Shown here: piece by piece, positions 38,633 through 48,274 of the stretch | Numbering within the stretch: position 1 is the first letter of the stretch | Layout of the letters: each line of letters starts with the position of its first letter | Assembly: GCA_965218435.1 (NCBI GenBank) | Contig: CBDCKW010000009.1 | Coordinates: 3,648,001 to 3,712,000 of the forward strand | Reading direction: 5' to 3' | From: Truepera sp. | GTDB taxonomy: Bacteria > Deinococcota > Deinococci > Deinococcales > Trueperaceae | Length of the DNA: 64,000 nucleotides | Translations under genes and position numbers: made by a program | The notes under the pieces: generated by a model | The model's input: the letters and a program-made list of their open reading frames with translations, nothing else | Database searches by the model: none | What the model was told of the DNA's origin: nothing

Positions 38633-39817
38633 CTATGTACACGACAAACCTGTAGCGTTGGTCAAGCATTGAAAACACCGGGCAAATTCCCGTCGATTGT
38701 TTTTCCCGCCTAGAAGCAGGTGACGTAAATGGTCGAGCCCATACCGAAAGAAGCTTTTTGCTTTTCGGCCATGCTTTTTGATTGCAATGGGCTTCTGTTC
38801 GTGTAGCCATTCACCTACCCAATGAGCCCATGCGAAGGCGATAGCTAAAAAAGTAACAAGTTTGCTAACACGCTCGTCGTAGTAAAGATGAGTTGCTTCC
38901 ATATCGAAGCCCCTAGACTTCAAGCAAGAGAACAAGGTTTCAATCTCCCACCGTTGCGCATAGATGGCGAGAGAATCTCGAAAATTTTGGCTGCTGACGA
39001 TTAAGACATCGTCTTCCTGGCGCTTGAGAGAGGTTAGGTAGAGCTTATGCCCATAAATAGACATTCGTCGCTGGAAGTACCGCACTTCGCCCGACTGTAT
39101 CCCGTCCAAGCGCCGCTCAATCGGCTTGGTCACGCCTCTATATGTCTCTCTGCCTGTAGAGGTTGCCGCCTTCGCTTTTTCTTCGATCTGCCGGACGCGC
39201 TCCGGAATTTCTCGCCCTTCGTCCACATCTCGGGTAAAACCGGGCATCACCAGGTTTGTGAGGATGCCGCTCCTAGCAAGTTCCCTCGACATCGTTCGGG
39301 TAAGTCCGTGCAGTCCTGCCTTGGCTGTAACGTAAGCCGACACCCCCGGTAAGCCATCTTCGACTAACCCGGTAGACACGTGAACGACACGGCCCCAACC
39401 TGCTTCTCGCATTCCGCCCACAACCGCTTGCGTAAGTAGATAATGCCCTTCGAGGTTTGCTTTCAGCGAGTCGCGGAAGCGTGCGGCGGGTGCTGTCTCG
39501 AAGAGCTCACCCGGCCCCGGAAACCCCGGCCACGCCACCCCATTATTAACTAGCACGGCGACCGCACCAAAGGTGTCCTGGACGGTCCGCACCGCAGCAG
39601 TGATCGACGCCTCATCGGATAGATCAAGAGGTACCACGAACGGAACTCCTCCTGCGGCCTTGACACTGGCAGCCGTCTCCTCGCCGCCTGCCTGGTTCTG
39701 GTGATAGGTTACCGCAACCTTCGCGCCTTCACGAGCAAAAGCCACGGCGGTTGCGCGACCAATACGTGACGAACTCCCCGTGACCATCACGACAACATCC
39801 TGTAAACCCATGTCCAT
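38633..39817 (-). CDS. In-frame fusion of a C-terminally truncated SDR oxidoreductase and an IS4 transposase C-terminus
   Basis: TGSSSRIG and YVTAK SDR motifs up to about 39143, then YAQRWEIETLFSCLK (IS4 Y-2-R-3-E-6-K) and KKHGRKAKSFFRYGLD. Confidence 0.85.
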   Translation of the reverse strand: MDMGLQDVVVMVTGSSSRIGRATAVAFAREGAKVAVTYHQNQAGGEETAASVKAAGGVPFVVPLDLSDEASITAAVRTVQDTFGAVAVLVNNGVAWPGFPGPGELFETAPAARFRDSLKANLEGHYLLTQAVVGGMREAGWGRVVHVSTGLVEDGLPGVSAYVTAKAGLHGLTRTMSRELARSGILTNLVMPGFTRDVDEGREIPERVRQIEEKAKAATSTGRETYRGVTKPIERRLDGIQSGEVRYFQRRMSIYGHKLYLTSLKRQEDDVLIVSSQNFRDSLAIYAQRWEIETLFSCLKSRGFDMEATHLYYDERVSKLVTFLAIAFAWAHWVGEWLHEQKPIAIKKHGRKAKSFFRYGLDHLRHLLLGGKNNRREFARCFQCLTNATGLSCT

Positions 39818-39820
39818 CGT

Positions 39821-40189
39821 TCAGCCCTCCTTCTGGCTCTGCCGAAAACGCTCGATCTTGCCATCGATGACCGCTAGCGAACCTTGCAGTGCTTCGATAC
39901 GCGCCTGCACCTCTTTCTGATGTTCTTCGAGTAGGGCGATGCGGGCGGGTACGGTGGCGCGACCTGCCCGGGTTAGTGCTGCGTACTCCTTGAGATACCG
40001 GATGGGCATCTCTGTTGCACGCAAGCACGCCAAGAAGCCGAGGCGCTCGAGGTCGACCTTTGAGTAGCGGCGGTGACCGCCGGGATTACGTTCTATGGGC
40101 TCGAGGAGCCCCGCGCGTTCGTAGTAGCGCAGGGTGTCGGCGCTTAGGCCGGTGAACTGAGCGGCGTCTTTGATGCTTAAGGTGTCCAT
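39821..40189 (-). CDS. MerR family regulator (AdhR/NmlR-like)
   Basis: TLRYYERAGLL, GHRRYS, conserved Cys (LACLRAT), coiled-coil tail. Confidence 0.9.
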   Translation of the reverse strand: MDTLSIKDAAQFTGLSADTLRYYERAGLLEPIERNPGGHRRYSKVDLERLGFLACLRATEMPIRYLKEYAALTRAGRATVPARIALLEEHQKEVQARIEALQGSLAVIDGKIERFRQSQKEG

Positions 40190-40196
40190 AGGCCGC

Positions 40197-40228
40197 AGTA
40201 TAGAAACTTGGAGCGCGCTCTAAGTCAA
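40197..40228 (-). promoter_or_regulatory. MerR-type promoter with operator palindrome
   Basis: TTGACT-N20-TATACT on minus strand; palindrome ACTTGGAGCGCGCTCTAAGT (40206-25); ATG 7 nt after the -10. Confidence 0.85.
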
Positions 40229-40444
40229 GCATCCAATACATCTGCCCGCACCAGCGGTTGCTACTTAGTGCAAGTGGAAACAGACCTTTATGAAACTATT
40301 GTCGTGTACTTAGCCAGGTTTATTGTTTTACCTGTGAACGCCGTAAATCAGGCTCAGGAGTGCTAAACAAAACTATAATGTGCTGTTTTGCAAGTTTGCA
40401 GACAGAGCGATTTACCTCTTCTTACAGCGTATAGTCGGGTAACG

Positions 40445-40984
40445 TTACGCCTGTCCAGACTGGTAAGTGAGTATGACGACACCTTCATCCGTCGTTTGAG
40501 TATCTACAAGTTTTAGCTTGGCTTCGCTGCCCTCGGCAAAAAGCCGTTTGCCAGCCCCTAGGCTTAGAGGATAAATCATGAGCCTGTACTCATCGATAAG
40601 GCCGTGCTGCATGAGGGTTTGTACAAGAGTTGCACTGCCGTAGATGAGAAGATTTTCTCCTTTTTGCTGTTTCAGCGTTTTTACTGCTTCGACGACATTT
40701 CCTTCTATAAGGCTGGCGTTCCACTCGAGTTCCTTTAGGGTGGTCGAGGCAACATGTTTAGGTAAGCTGTTCATACGCTCAGCGAACCCGGCTTCATCTT
40801 TCATGTCAGGCCACGCTTTAGCGAAACCTTCATACGTGACTCTGCCGAGGAGTAAAGCGTCACTGGCAAAGAGCAGGTCATGCTGGAGTTTCCCTAACTC
40901 GTCACTCCAATAGGGTGCTGTCCAGGCGGGTTCTTCCATAACGCCGTCCAGGGTAAGGTACTCGGCTGCAACAATTTTTCGCAT
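40445..40984 (-). CDS. Dihydrofolate reductase family (RibD C-terminal domain) protein
   Basis: TLDGV, LLGRVTYE, YGSATLV, DEYRLMIYP..LGAGKRLF. Confidence 0.9.
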   Translation of the reverse strand: MRKIVAAEYLTLDGVMEEPAWTAPYWSDELGKLQHDLLFASDALLLGRVTYEGFAKAWPDMKDEAGFAERMNSLPKHVASTTLKELEWNASLIEGNVVEAVKTLKQQKGENLLIYGSATLVQTLMQHGLIDEYRLMIYPLSLGAGKRLFAEGSEAKLKLVDTQTTDEGVVILTYQSGQA

Positions 40985-41163
40985 CGCTAAACTCCTTTAG
41001 TCGTTGTTCGTCGAGGTTTTTTCGACAAATATATGCTACGTATCAACGTGGTACCTTGTCTTGAATAAAAACGACAGCTACTCTTAGCAGGGATCAGCTG
41101 GTCGGCAACGCTCTCTGTCTAAGCTTTGCTGTCTAGCACGCACATTCTAAAATAATAATGGTA

Positions 41164-41940
41164 TCAACCTTTTGTGCAAATGCTCTTTGTATAGGTTCTT
41201 AAGATTTGTGCAGGCGTTTTACCTGAGAGGTGTTTAAGCGACCGGGTAAGGTGCGGCTGGTCTGCGTAACCCGTTTGGTAGATCACATCAGCGATAGAGA
41301 GACCTGCTTCCAATAAGGTCATAGCCCTGTGACCGCGCTCAATTTGCCGGAGCATGTTAAGACTTAGTCCTGTCGCTTTGGAAAAGCGCCGCTGCACGGT
41401 TCGTAGCGACATTTCTATAGGTTCGTCACGAAGTACCGCTTCGACAACGGAGTCTTTAACCAGTTCGCCCTGCTTGATGAGTCTGCCGATAAAAATATCT
41501 GCGTCCTCAAAACTCGGAATTTCTACAGCTGAACCGCCGAGCCAAAAGCGGGTCTTGCTGGCTTTAGGTAGATCAAGCCCTCCATCTACAAGCCGACCGA
41601 TAGGAAAATGAGGCATAAAGCTACCGTGTTGGAACTGAATACCCCAAAATTCAGCGTCGGGGGGTGTAGGTGCAAAACTTGCTTTAGTTTCGGGGCCGCG
41701 CAAAGTAACAGTGCAGTGACCTTGTATTTTGGTAATAACCAGTTCCCAATGACTGACGGCCTGGGAGATAAAAGAACCCGTTTGGTCACTCTGTGTTTGC
41801 CAAACCGTCCTTACAAACGCAGAATCCGGCGTGTACTGGTCAAAGTCAAAAGGCACTAAGGTTAGTCTAGAGGTTCGCACCCGTAAAGTAAACTTGGGAT
41901 AACTACGTGGCCGTAAACCTACGCCTGGGCGGTTAGCCAT
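41164..41940 (-). CDS. AraC family transcriptional regulator (start probably GTG 41856)
   Basis: SLRTVQRRF..TG, GYADQPHLTRSLK..GKTP. Confidence 0.85.
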   Translation of the reverse strand: MANRPGVGLRPRSYPKFTLRVRTSRLTLVPFDFDQYTPDSAFVRTVWQTQSDQTGSFISQAVSHWELVITKIQGHCTVTLRGPETKASFAPTPPDAEFWGIQFQHGSFMPHFPIGRLVDGGLDLPKASKTRFWLGGSAVEIPSFEDADIFIGRLIKQGELVKDSVVEAVLRDEPIEMSLRTVQRRFSKATGLSLNMLRQIERGHRAMTLLEAGLSIADVIYQTGYADQPHLTRSLKHLSGKTPAQILRTYTKSICTKG

Positions 41941-41995
41941 AAGGCTACACGTGAGGGCTCTCTAAGAGCTTTTTAGAACCTGGCGAGCTGCAAAA

Positions 41996-43210
41996 TTACA
42001 GCCGCCTTACTGCCGGTACAAGTAGGCCCACGAGTGCTAAAATAACGGTTACAAGCCCATAGATCAAAATTAGGGATGACGCTCCAAAACGCTCGGCCAA
42101 GGAACCGGTGACAACAAACCCGAGCGGCAAGAGCGCAAACGACCCGAGCATATCGAGGCTGAACACACGCCCCAGCACCTCTTCTGGAACTAGGGTTTGC
42201 ACCGCCGTCTCCCACACGACGCCGAACACGGTGAGGCTCGAGCCCACACACCCCATCGCGGTGACGCCTAAAACGAGCTGCGGGGCGAGCCCTACGCCGA
42301 CCAGCCCTAACCCGGCGGCAGCGACGGCCAGATACGCCGTCCAACCTCGACGCTGCAAGGTCAGCCGGTTGAGCGCGAGCGCCGAGAAGAGTGCGCCCCC
42401 GGCTAGTCCCGACAACAGCCAGCCGAGCGACGCCGCGCCCGCGAACCGGGACGCTGCCAGCAGCGGCAAGAGCACGCTCATAACCCCGGCAACGAAGATA
42501 TTGACAAACGAGAAAAGCACAATTGTCACCCACAACCAGCGTAAGCCCGCCACATAGCGAAAGCCTTCCCTGAGGTCGCGCCAGTAGCCTGAAGCGTTCG
42601 CCGTACCGCCAGCTTGACGCGGCACTAGACGGGGGCGCAGCGCCAGCAGGCAGAGCGCGCCGAGCACAAACGTCAGCGCGTCAAAACCGAGCGCCAAGCT
42701 CAGGCTCCCAAACGTAATCAGCAGCCCTCCGAGCGGTGGCCCGAGAATGCCTGCCAGCTCCGAAGCGAACGAGCGCAGGGCGTTGGCCTGCGTGAGCACT
42801 TCACGGGGGACGAGCTGCGGCGTGATACTCATCGCCGCAGGCATAAAAAATGCGCTCAGCAGGCCGAACAAGCCGGAGAGCACGTAAAGATGAGATAGCT
42901 CGAGCCTCCCGCCCATCATCAGTACCAGGACGACGCCCAGCAAAAGGGCGTGCAAACCGTTGCTGACGAGCATCGTGAGGCGGCGGGGAACTCTATCCAC
43001 GAGCACCCCGCCGGTCAGCAAAAAGAGCAGTTGCGGTACCGAGTAGACCGCCAGCAGCCGCCCGATTTGGGCCGCGCTGCCGCCTAACTCGAGCACCAAA
43101 AACGGCAGCGCCACGCTGTAGACGCGGTTGCCTAAAAGCGAAATACTCTGACCGAGCCAGAACCAGACGAAAGGGGCGTGCCGGAGGGGATGAGACGCTG
43201 AGCTAGCCAC
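41996..43210 (-). CDS. MFS transporter (DHA3/MefA-like)
   Basis: GQSISLLG, GVLVDRVPRR, LGRVFSL; 12 TM. Confidence 0.88.
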   Translation of the reverse strand: MASSASHPLRHAPFVWFWLGQSISLLGNRVYSVALPFLVLELGGSAAQIGRLLAVYSVPQLLFLLTGGVLVDRVPRRLTMLVSNGLHALLLGVVLVLMMGGRLELSHLYVLSGLFGLLSAFFMPAAMSITPQLVPREVLTQANALRSFASELAGILGPPLGGLLITFGSLSLALGFDALTFVLGALCLLALRPRLVPRQAGGTANASGYWRDLREGFRYVAGLRWLWVTIVLFSFVNIFVAGVMSVLLPLLAASRFAGAASLGWLLSGLAGGALFSALALNRLTLQRRGWTAYLAVAAAGLGLVGVGLAPQLVLGVTAMGCVGSSLTVFGVVWETAVQTLVPEEVLGRVFSLDMLGSFALLPLGFVVTGSLAERFGASSLILIYGLVTVILALVGLLVPAVRRL

Positions 43211-43239
43211 GCCTTCAGCTTTACGCTAAGCTGCTCTCA

Positions 43240-43890
43240 GTGACAGAGAAAAGTGCAAGCAGCCCCTTGACCGTAACGACACCGGAGGCTGCGCGGATGT
43301 TGCTCGAGCCCAAACACGCCCGCTTTATCGCCCCTTTTCTCGGGCGCGAACGGCTTGTCGCGGAGGTCGCCCGAGAGATCGGTGCGCCGCTCAGCACGAC
43401 CTTCCGGCACGTGACGCGTTACTGCGAGGTCAGTATCTTAAAAGTGACGCGGGAACAGGCTCGTAAGGGCCGTGCGCTGAAATGTTACCGAACGGTGGCC
43501 GATGCTTTTTTCGTCCCGAACAGCCTGCGAGTAACGTTCCACAACGCTTGGCTGGATAAACTCGAGCGTGCCACCAAGCGAGGCGTAGAGCACGTTTACG
43601 GCGAACACTTGGCGGACTGGGGAGAGCTCATCTTTCGCAACGAAGCGGGTATCTTTTCAACCAGCCTGGCGAGAGCGCCGGGGCAGCCGGTGACTTCGCT
43701 TGCGTCCGACGCGCCCGCGATGCTCACGACCGCGCACGACGCCGTGTATCTGGATTTTGCCGACGCTAAACGCTTACAACGAGATTTACACGCGCTGCTC
43801 GAGACCTACGCAGCCAAGGGGGGAGCGCAGCGTTATCTTTTACGGCTCAGCCTCGTGCCGCTGCCGGAAGATGTCGATTTGATCCTCTAA
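43240..43890 (+). CDS. Winged-helix (ArsR-like) protein divergent from the MFS gene
   Basis: PFLGRE..VAEVAREIG..HV, RKGRALKCYR. Confidence 0.65.
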   Translation: MTEKSASSPLTVTTPEAARMLLEPKHARFIAPFLGRERLVAEVAREIGAPLSTTFRHVTRYCEVSILKVTREQARKGRALKCYRTVADAFFVPNSLRVTFHNAWLDKLERATKRGVEHVYGEHLADWGELIFRNEAGIFSTSLARAPGQPVTSLASDAPAMLTTAHDAVYLDFADAKRLQRDLHALLETYAAKGGAQRYLLRLSLVPLPEDVDLIL

Positions 43891-43894
43891 CGGT

Positions 43895-44545
43895 TCAGAC
43901 GGTACTGCTCGGGCAGAGGTCGCTGAGTGGACATACCGCGCACAGCGGCGTCCGGGCCAAACACACCCGCCGTCCATGAAAAATCAGGGCGTTGTGCAGA
44001 AAAATCCAGCTGTCTTCGGGGAACTGGGCCTCGAGGTCACGCTGCACTTTGTCGGGATTGGTCGCCTCCGTCAGCCCCAAGCGCCGTGAAAGCCGCCCCA
44101 CGTGCGTATCGACGGCAACCGCCGGGCGGCCAAACGCATTCGCCAGCACCACCGCCGCCGTTTTACGGCCTACCCCGGGCAGGCTCAGCACCGCGTCGAA
44201 ATCTTCCGGGACCTCGCCGCCGAAGCGTTCGGTCAGTGCCTGCGCGGTCGCCACGCAGTTTTTGGCCTTGTTACGGTACAGTCCGATGCTTTTGATAAAG
44301 GGGACAAGCTCGTCCGACGTTGCCTGCGCCATCGTGGGCGCATCCGGGTAACGGGCGAACAGCGCAGGCGAGGCGGCGTTGACGCTTTTGTCGGTGGCCT
44401 GCGCAGAAAGAATGGTCGAGATGAGCAGTTCGAAGGGGTTGTGGTGGCTGAGTTCGGTTTTGGCGTCCGGGTAGGTTTCCCTAAGTGTATTCAAAATGGC
44501 CTGCGTGCGGCTTGGCTCAATCTCTGGAGGGTTCGGCGTCATCAC
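43895..44545 (-). CDS. nth: Endonuclease III
   Basis: ILSAQATD, LPGVGRKTA HhH, VDTHV, C-x6-C-x2-C-x5-C Fe-S motif. Confidence 0.95.
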   Translation of the reverse strand: MMTPNPPEIEPSRTQAILNTLRETYPDAKTELSHHNPFELLISTILSAQATDKSVNAASPALFARYPDAPTMAQATSDELVPFIKSIGLYRNKAKNCVATAQALTERFGGEVPEDFDAVLSLPGVGRKTAAVVLANAFGRPAVAVDTHVGRLSRRLGLTEATNPDKVQRDLEAQFPEDSWIFLHNALIFHGRRVCLARTPLCAVCPLSDLCPSSTV

Positions 44546-44560
44546 CTAATTATGTAGGAT

Positions 44561-45184
44561 GTGAGGGTGAAAGACGAAGGCTCCGCTGTCGCTGCTTTAC
44601 AGCTTCCCGACAACTCACCGGGGGCAGTTCGTGACTTTGTTTGGAGAGAACTTTCTCGGCAACGGCAGGTCGGTTATCCGCTGCCCCCACACGGTCATCA
44701 TCCGAACTTTACCGGCGCGGCGAAGGCGGCCACGCTGCTGCTGGCGCATCTGCTCGAGGTCCAAACCCTTACCCCTGGTGACACCGTTCTTGCTTATCCC
44801 GATATGGTTTTGAAACCGCTGCGTAAAAGGCTGCTCGAGGCCGGTATCAGCGTCGTCGTACCCGCACAGCACAGCGAGCACTACCGGCTACTAAAAAGTG
44901 GCGTGGTCAACCCCGTAAAAGCTTCCTCGATTGCTGGAGCCGAACGCGAAGGTGGACTTGTGACGCTGCCTGAAGTCAGTTTTGTCTTCGTCGCCTGCGT
45001 CGCCATAAGTTCAGCCGGTGAGGTGCTGACCAAAGGCTATGGCTTCGCCCCGCCCCAGGAAGTTTCAGGGTTGCCCTCGGCCACCGTCGTTCATCCTCTG
45101 CAGATCATTCCGGGCCTTGTTCCGGACGCGCCGCCGGTGACGCTTTTTGCGACGCCTACAGAAGTGTTCAAAAAAGGTGCATAA
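44561..45184 (+). CDS. 5-formyltetrahydrofolate cyclo-ligase-like protein
   Basis: GHHPNFTGA, KGYGF, TVVHPLQI, ATPTEV. Confidence 0.7.
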   Translation: MRVKDEGSAVAALQLPDNSPGAVRDFVWRELSRQRQVGYPLPPHGHHPNFTGAAKAATLLLAHLLEVQTLTPGDTVLAYPDMVLKPLRKRLLEAGISVVVPAQHSEHYRLLKSGVVNPVKASSIAGAEREGGLVTLPEVSFVFVACVAISSAGEVLTKGYGFAPPQEVSGLPSATVVHPLQIIPGLVPDAPPVTLFATPTEVFKKGA

Positions 45185-45255
45185 GCCCTTGACCCGGGTA
45201 AACACAAGTAAAAAATCCGTCAGCCGTTTTCGGGGCTGCTTTATAAACTTGGGCT

Positions 45256-46485
45256 ATGCCCGCCTATACCTACAAAGCCAGAGACCGCAGCGGCAAACTT
45301 ATCGAGGCGGTCATGGAAGCCGCGTCACAACGCGACGTGGCCGCCAACCTCCGTGAAAAAGGGCTGATTCCTACCGAAATCGCGGTTCCCAAAACCGGGA
45401 TGCAAGCTGACATCAAACTCCCCGCTTGGTTAGACATCGGCGGGAAAACCAACCTGCGCGACGTGACCGTCTTTAGTCGGCAGTTTGCCACGGTGATTAA
45501 CGCCGGTCTGCCGGTTGTGCAGTCACTGGCCATTTTGCAGCGGCAAGCTGAAAAAGCCAGCCTCAAAGACGCGCTGAAAAAAATCCGGGAAGAGGTTGAA
45601 ACCGGCCTTCCTCTCTCCGAAGCGATGGGCAAACACCCGAAAATCTTTAACCGCCTGTACATCTATTTGGTACGCGCCGGGGAAGCCTCGGGCAACCTAG
45701 ACGGCATTTTAGAGCGGATTGCAACCTATCAGGAGAAACAGGCGGCCTTACGCGGCAAGCTTAAAAGTGCGATGACTTACCCCGGCGTCGTCCTCACGAT
45801 TGCTTTAGGCGTGACCTACTTTTTGCTCACCGGGATTGTGCCGCAGTTTGCGGGTATCTTGACGCAGCTCGGCGGCGAGTTGCCGATTATCACCAAGATT
45901 CTCATGGCGCTCAGCGACTTTTTGACGAATCAGTGGTGGGTACTCGTGCTGATGATCGTCGGCACGGTTGGCGGCATCACGCTCTTTTACCGCACCGATA
46001 AGGGCAAACATGTGATTGACGCCCTTCTTCTGAAAACGCCGGTGGTCGGCAACCTGATTCAAAAGGCGGCGATTGCGAGCTTTTCTAATACTTTCGGGCT
46101 ACTGTTAAAAAGCGGCGTCAATATCATCGAAGCGATTGAGATTACTAAAGGCACGGCGGGCAACGTCATCATTGAAGATGTGCTCGAGGAGGCCAAACAG
46201 TCGGTGCAGCGCGGCGAGCAGATCAGCGCGACGCTGATTAACCGGCCTAAAATATTTCCGCCCTTAGTCAGTTCAATGATTTCCATCGGTGAAGAGACCG
46301 GCAACGTGGACGCGATGATGGAGAAGATTGCCGGCTTTTACGAACGCGAGGTCAACGAGGCCATCGAAGGTTTGACAGCAGCCTTAGAACCGATGCTCAT
46401 CGTATTTTTAGGGGGCGTGGTCGGGTTTATCGTCGCGGGGATGTTCTTGCCGATGTTTGCGATTATGGGGCAGCTGAGCGGCTGA
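45256..46485 (+). CDS. pilC: Type IV pilus assembly platform protein (T2SSF family)
   Basis: FSRQFAT, AGEASGNLD, SAMTYP, GEETGNVD, LEP..MFLPMF. Confidence 0.92.
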   Translation: MPAYTYKARDRSGKLIEAVMEAASQRDVAANLREKGLIPTEIAVPKTGMQADIKLPAWLDIGGKTNLRDVTVFSRQFATVINAGLPVVQSLAILQRQAEKASLKDALKKIREEVETGLPLSEAMGKHPKIFNRLYIYLVRAGEASGNLDGILERIATYQEKQAALRGKLKSAMTYPGVVLTIALGVTYFLLTGIVPQFAGILTQLGGELPIITKILMALSDFLTNQWWVLVLMIVGTVGGITLFYRTDKGKHVIDALLLKTPVVGNLIQKAAIASFSNTFGLLLKSGVNIIEAIEITKGTAGNVIIEDVLEEAKQSVQRGEQISATLINRPKIFPPLVSSMISIGEETGNVDAMMEKIAGFYEREVNEAIEGLTAALEPMLIVFLGGVVGFIVAGMFLPMFAIMGQLSG

Positions 46486-46495
46486 ACTACCGTTC

Positions 46496-47656
46496 TTAAG
46501 GTGCTTGAGAAATTACTGAATCCGGTGGCAAAGATGTCCTATAACTATCCGGCATTTGCATGATGAAGTTGAAAAAAACCGTGCTGACAAGGCTTTGAGG
46601 AATACTGAAGAGGCGACCAAAAGGCTTAATCTCCCAGTCATCGGCTCGAGCTCGTTCATAGCTTCCTTGCAGCCGAGTAATGATACTGTTGGCAGCCCGA
46701 GCTTGAGGCACGCCTTCTCTGACATAGTAAGCTGCAGCGTCACGGGCTGCCCGCCACAAAAAGTTTTGTAGCTGCGCGACGCTGTAGTGTTTCAGAATAG
46801 TTGTCAATACATCAACTGTTTTCTCGCCAACTTGAAGCCGAAAGTGGTGTTCGGCAGCGTAGTGCTGAAGAAGCTCTAATCCCTCTTGTAAAACTATCTC
46901 TTGCCAAACTCCGGGAACGCTTGCTTGCCACTTAGGTGGAAGCCCCTCAGCAATTATGCTCTCGAGCGTCGAGGCAGTTTCTCTCAAGCTCCTCCGTTCA
47001 GGCATTACCCAATGGACTTTGTAAAGGTAGAACGACTTCGGCTCACCTTCAGTAAACTCGAAGGCGCTGATACTGCTTCCTGGATGTGGTGTGAGCAAAG
47101 CTCTATTGAAAACGTAATTGAGGACGTCACTGGTAAACTCTTTGTGCGGTGTGAGCGGGTCGTCAAAATAGTCCACAGGTTTTATGTAGCTATAATCTTC
47201 AGCTGCGCCGCCCCTAATCATGCCAAGCATTACAACCGCGTCCATGAGAGAGTACTCTTCTGTCGGACGTGCCGCGCGATTTTGCGGCTCCCACGCTTTA
47301 ATAATCTCGTCTCGTTGAATCTGCTCCGCCTTCAGTTTCGCTTCTACTATCTGCTGCTTCTCACTTGCAAGGCAATCAGAGCAAGTCCATGTTTTAGACG
47401 GTTTTCTCTCGCTAAAGCTAGTCCGGCTGGTCAAAGGGTAGTAGCGTCCGCAGGCGCTACATTGTTTGTCAGTTGCCATAGCAGCTGTATATTGGCGTAT
47501 AAGAGAAGTGAGAGTTTGCACTGGAATACCTAGCTCTTCGGCTATGTCTCCAGTGAAATAGACGAATTTGTCGGCTTCATCAACTAACCAGTATTTGCGT
47601 GCAGCTGTTGAGAAATTTTCATCGTCACTATGAATAGAAAACTTAATCTTGTCCAT
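46496..47656 (-). CDS. Hypothetical protein with N-terminal HTH-like segment and zinc ribbon
   Basis: 386 aa, AT-richer; CSAC...CSDC. Confidence 0.6.
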   Translation of the reverse strand: MDKIKFSIHSDDENFSTAARKYWLVDEADKFVYFTGDIAEELGIPVQTLTSLIRQYTAAMATDKQCSACGRYYPLTSRTSFSERKPSKTWTCSDCLASEKQQIVEAKLKAEQIQRDEIIKAWEPQNRAARPTEEYSLMDAVVMLGMIRGGAAEDYSYIKPVDYFDDPLTPHKEFTSDVLNYVFNRALLTPHPGSSISAFEFTEGEPKSFYLYKVHWVMPERRSLRETASTLESIIAEGLPPKWQASVPGVWQEIVLQEGLELLQHYAAEHHFRLQVGEKTVDVLTTILKHYSVAQLQNFLWRAARDAAAYYVREGVPQARAANSIITRLQGSYERARADDWEIKPFGRLFSIPQSLVSTVFFNFIMQMPDSYRTSLPPDSVISQAP

Positions 47657-47953
47657 GTAGTTGAAGCTATTATTTCACGTCCAGCAGGGCTACCGCAAAG
47701 TCCAAAAAGGCTTTTGAAACGAAAGTTTGACTAAGATAGATGCTTACGTTGAAGAGCAATTCAACAACAATTTCCGGCTTTACTCGGGAGGTGGCGCTTT
47801 CAGAAGAAAAGTCATTTGCTCCTGTGACTTACTGGGATGCCGACTTTGCGGTAGCCCTGACGTCCAGTAACCTCATGTTTACGTTGCACCGCCTCCTGTG
47901 CTAAGCTATCAAGGTTGATTACGGTTTGAACCTTCATCAAATTAAGGAGCATC

Positions 47954-48229
47954 ATGGCAAGAAACCCATCGGCGATGAAGTACCACCGCCAAGCCCAAAA
48001 AGCCCGCGCTCAAAACCGCGCCGCGAAAAGCACCATCCGCACGTTCGGTAAAAAAGCTGCTGCCGCCGCCGAAGCCGGTGACGCCGAGGCCGCCGCCAAG
48101 TTTCAGCGCGTTACGGTCAGCTTGATTGACCGGGCCGCTAAAGGTTCGACGTTACATAAAAACGCCGCAGCGAGGCGTAAATCACGTCTTGCGAAAAGGT
48201 TAAATAAGGCGCTCGAGGCCGCCGCCTAA
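47954..48229 (+). CDS. rpsT: 30S ribosomal protein S20
   Basis: [41 protein letters not shown]. Confidence 0.95.
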   Translation: MARNPSAMKYHRQAQKARAQNRAAKSTIRTFGKKAAAAAEAGDAEAAAKFQRVTVSLIDRAAKGSTLHKNAAARRKSRLAKRLNKALEAAA

Positions 48230-48249
48230 ACACAGCTCAAACGCAAACG

Positions 48250-48274
48250 AAGCTCCCGAAGTGGGAGCTTTTTT
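48250..48274 (+). terminator. rpsT intrinsic terminator
   Basis: AAGCTCCC-gaagt-GGGAGCTT followed by T-run. Confidence 0.85.

Larger units (their letters stand above)
38633..40313 (-). mobile_element. IS4-family derivative carrying merR + SDR passenger genes, 1681 bp
   Basis: IRs CTATGTACACGACAA (38633-47) / TTGTCGTGTACTTAG (40299-313), 14/15 match; 9-bp TSD CCAGGTTTA (38624-32 / 40314-22). Confidence 0.88.
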
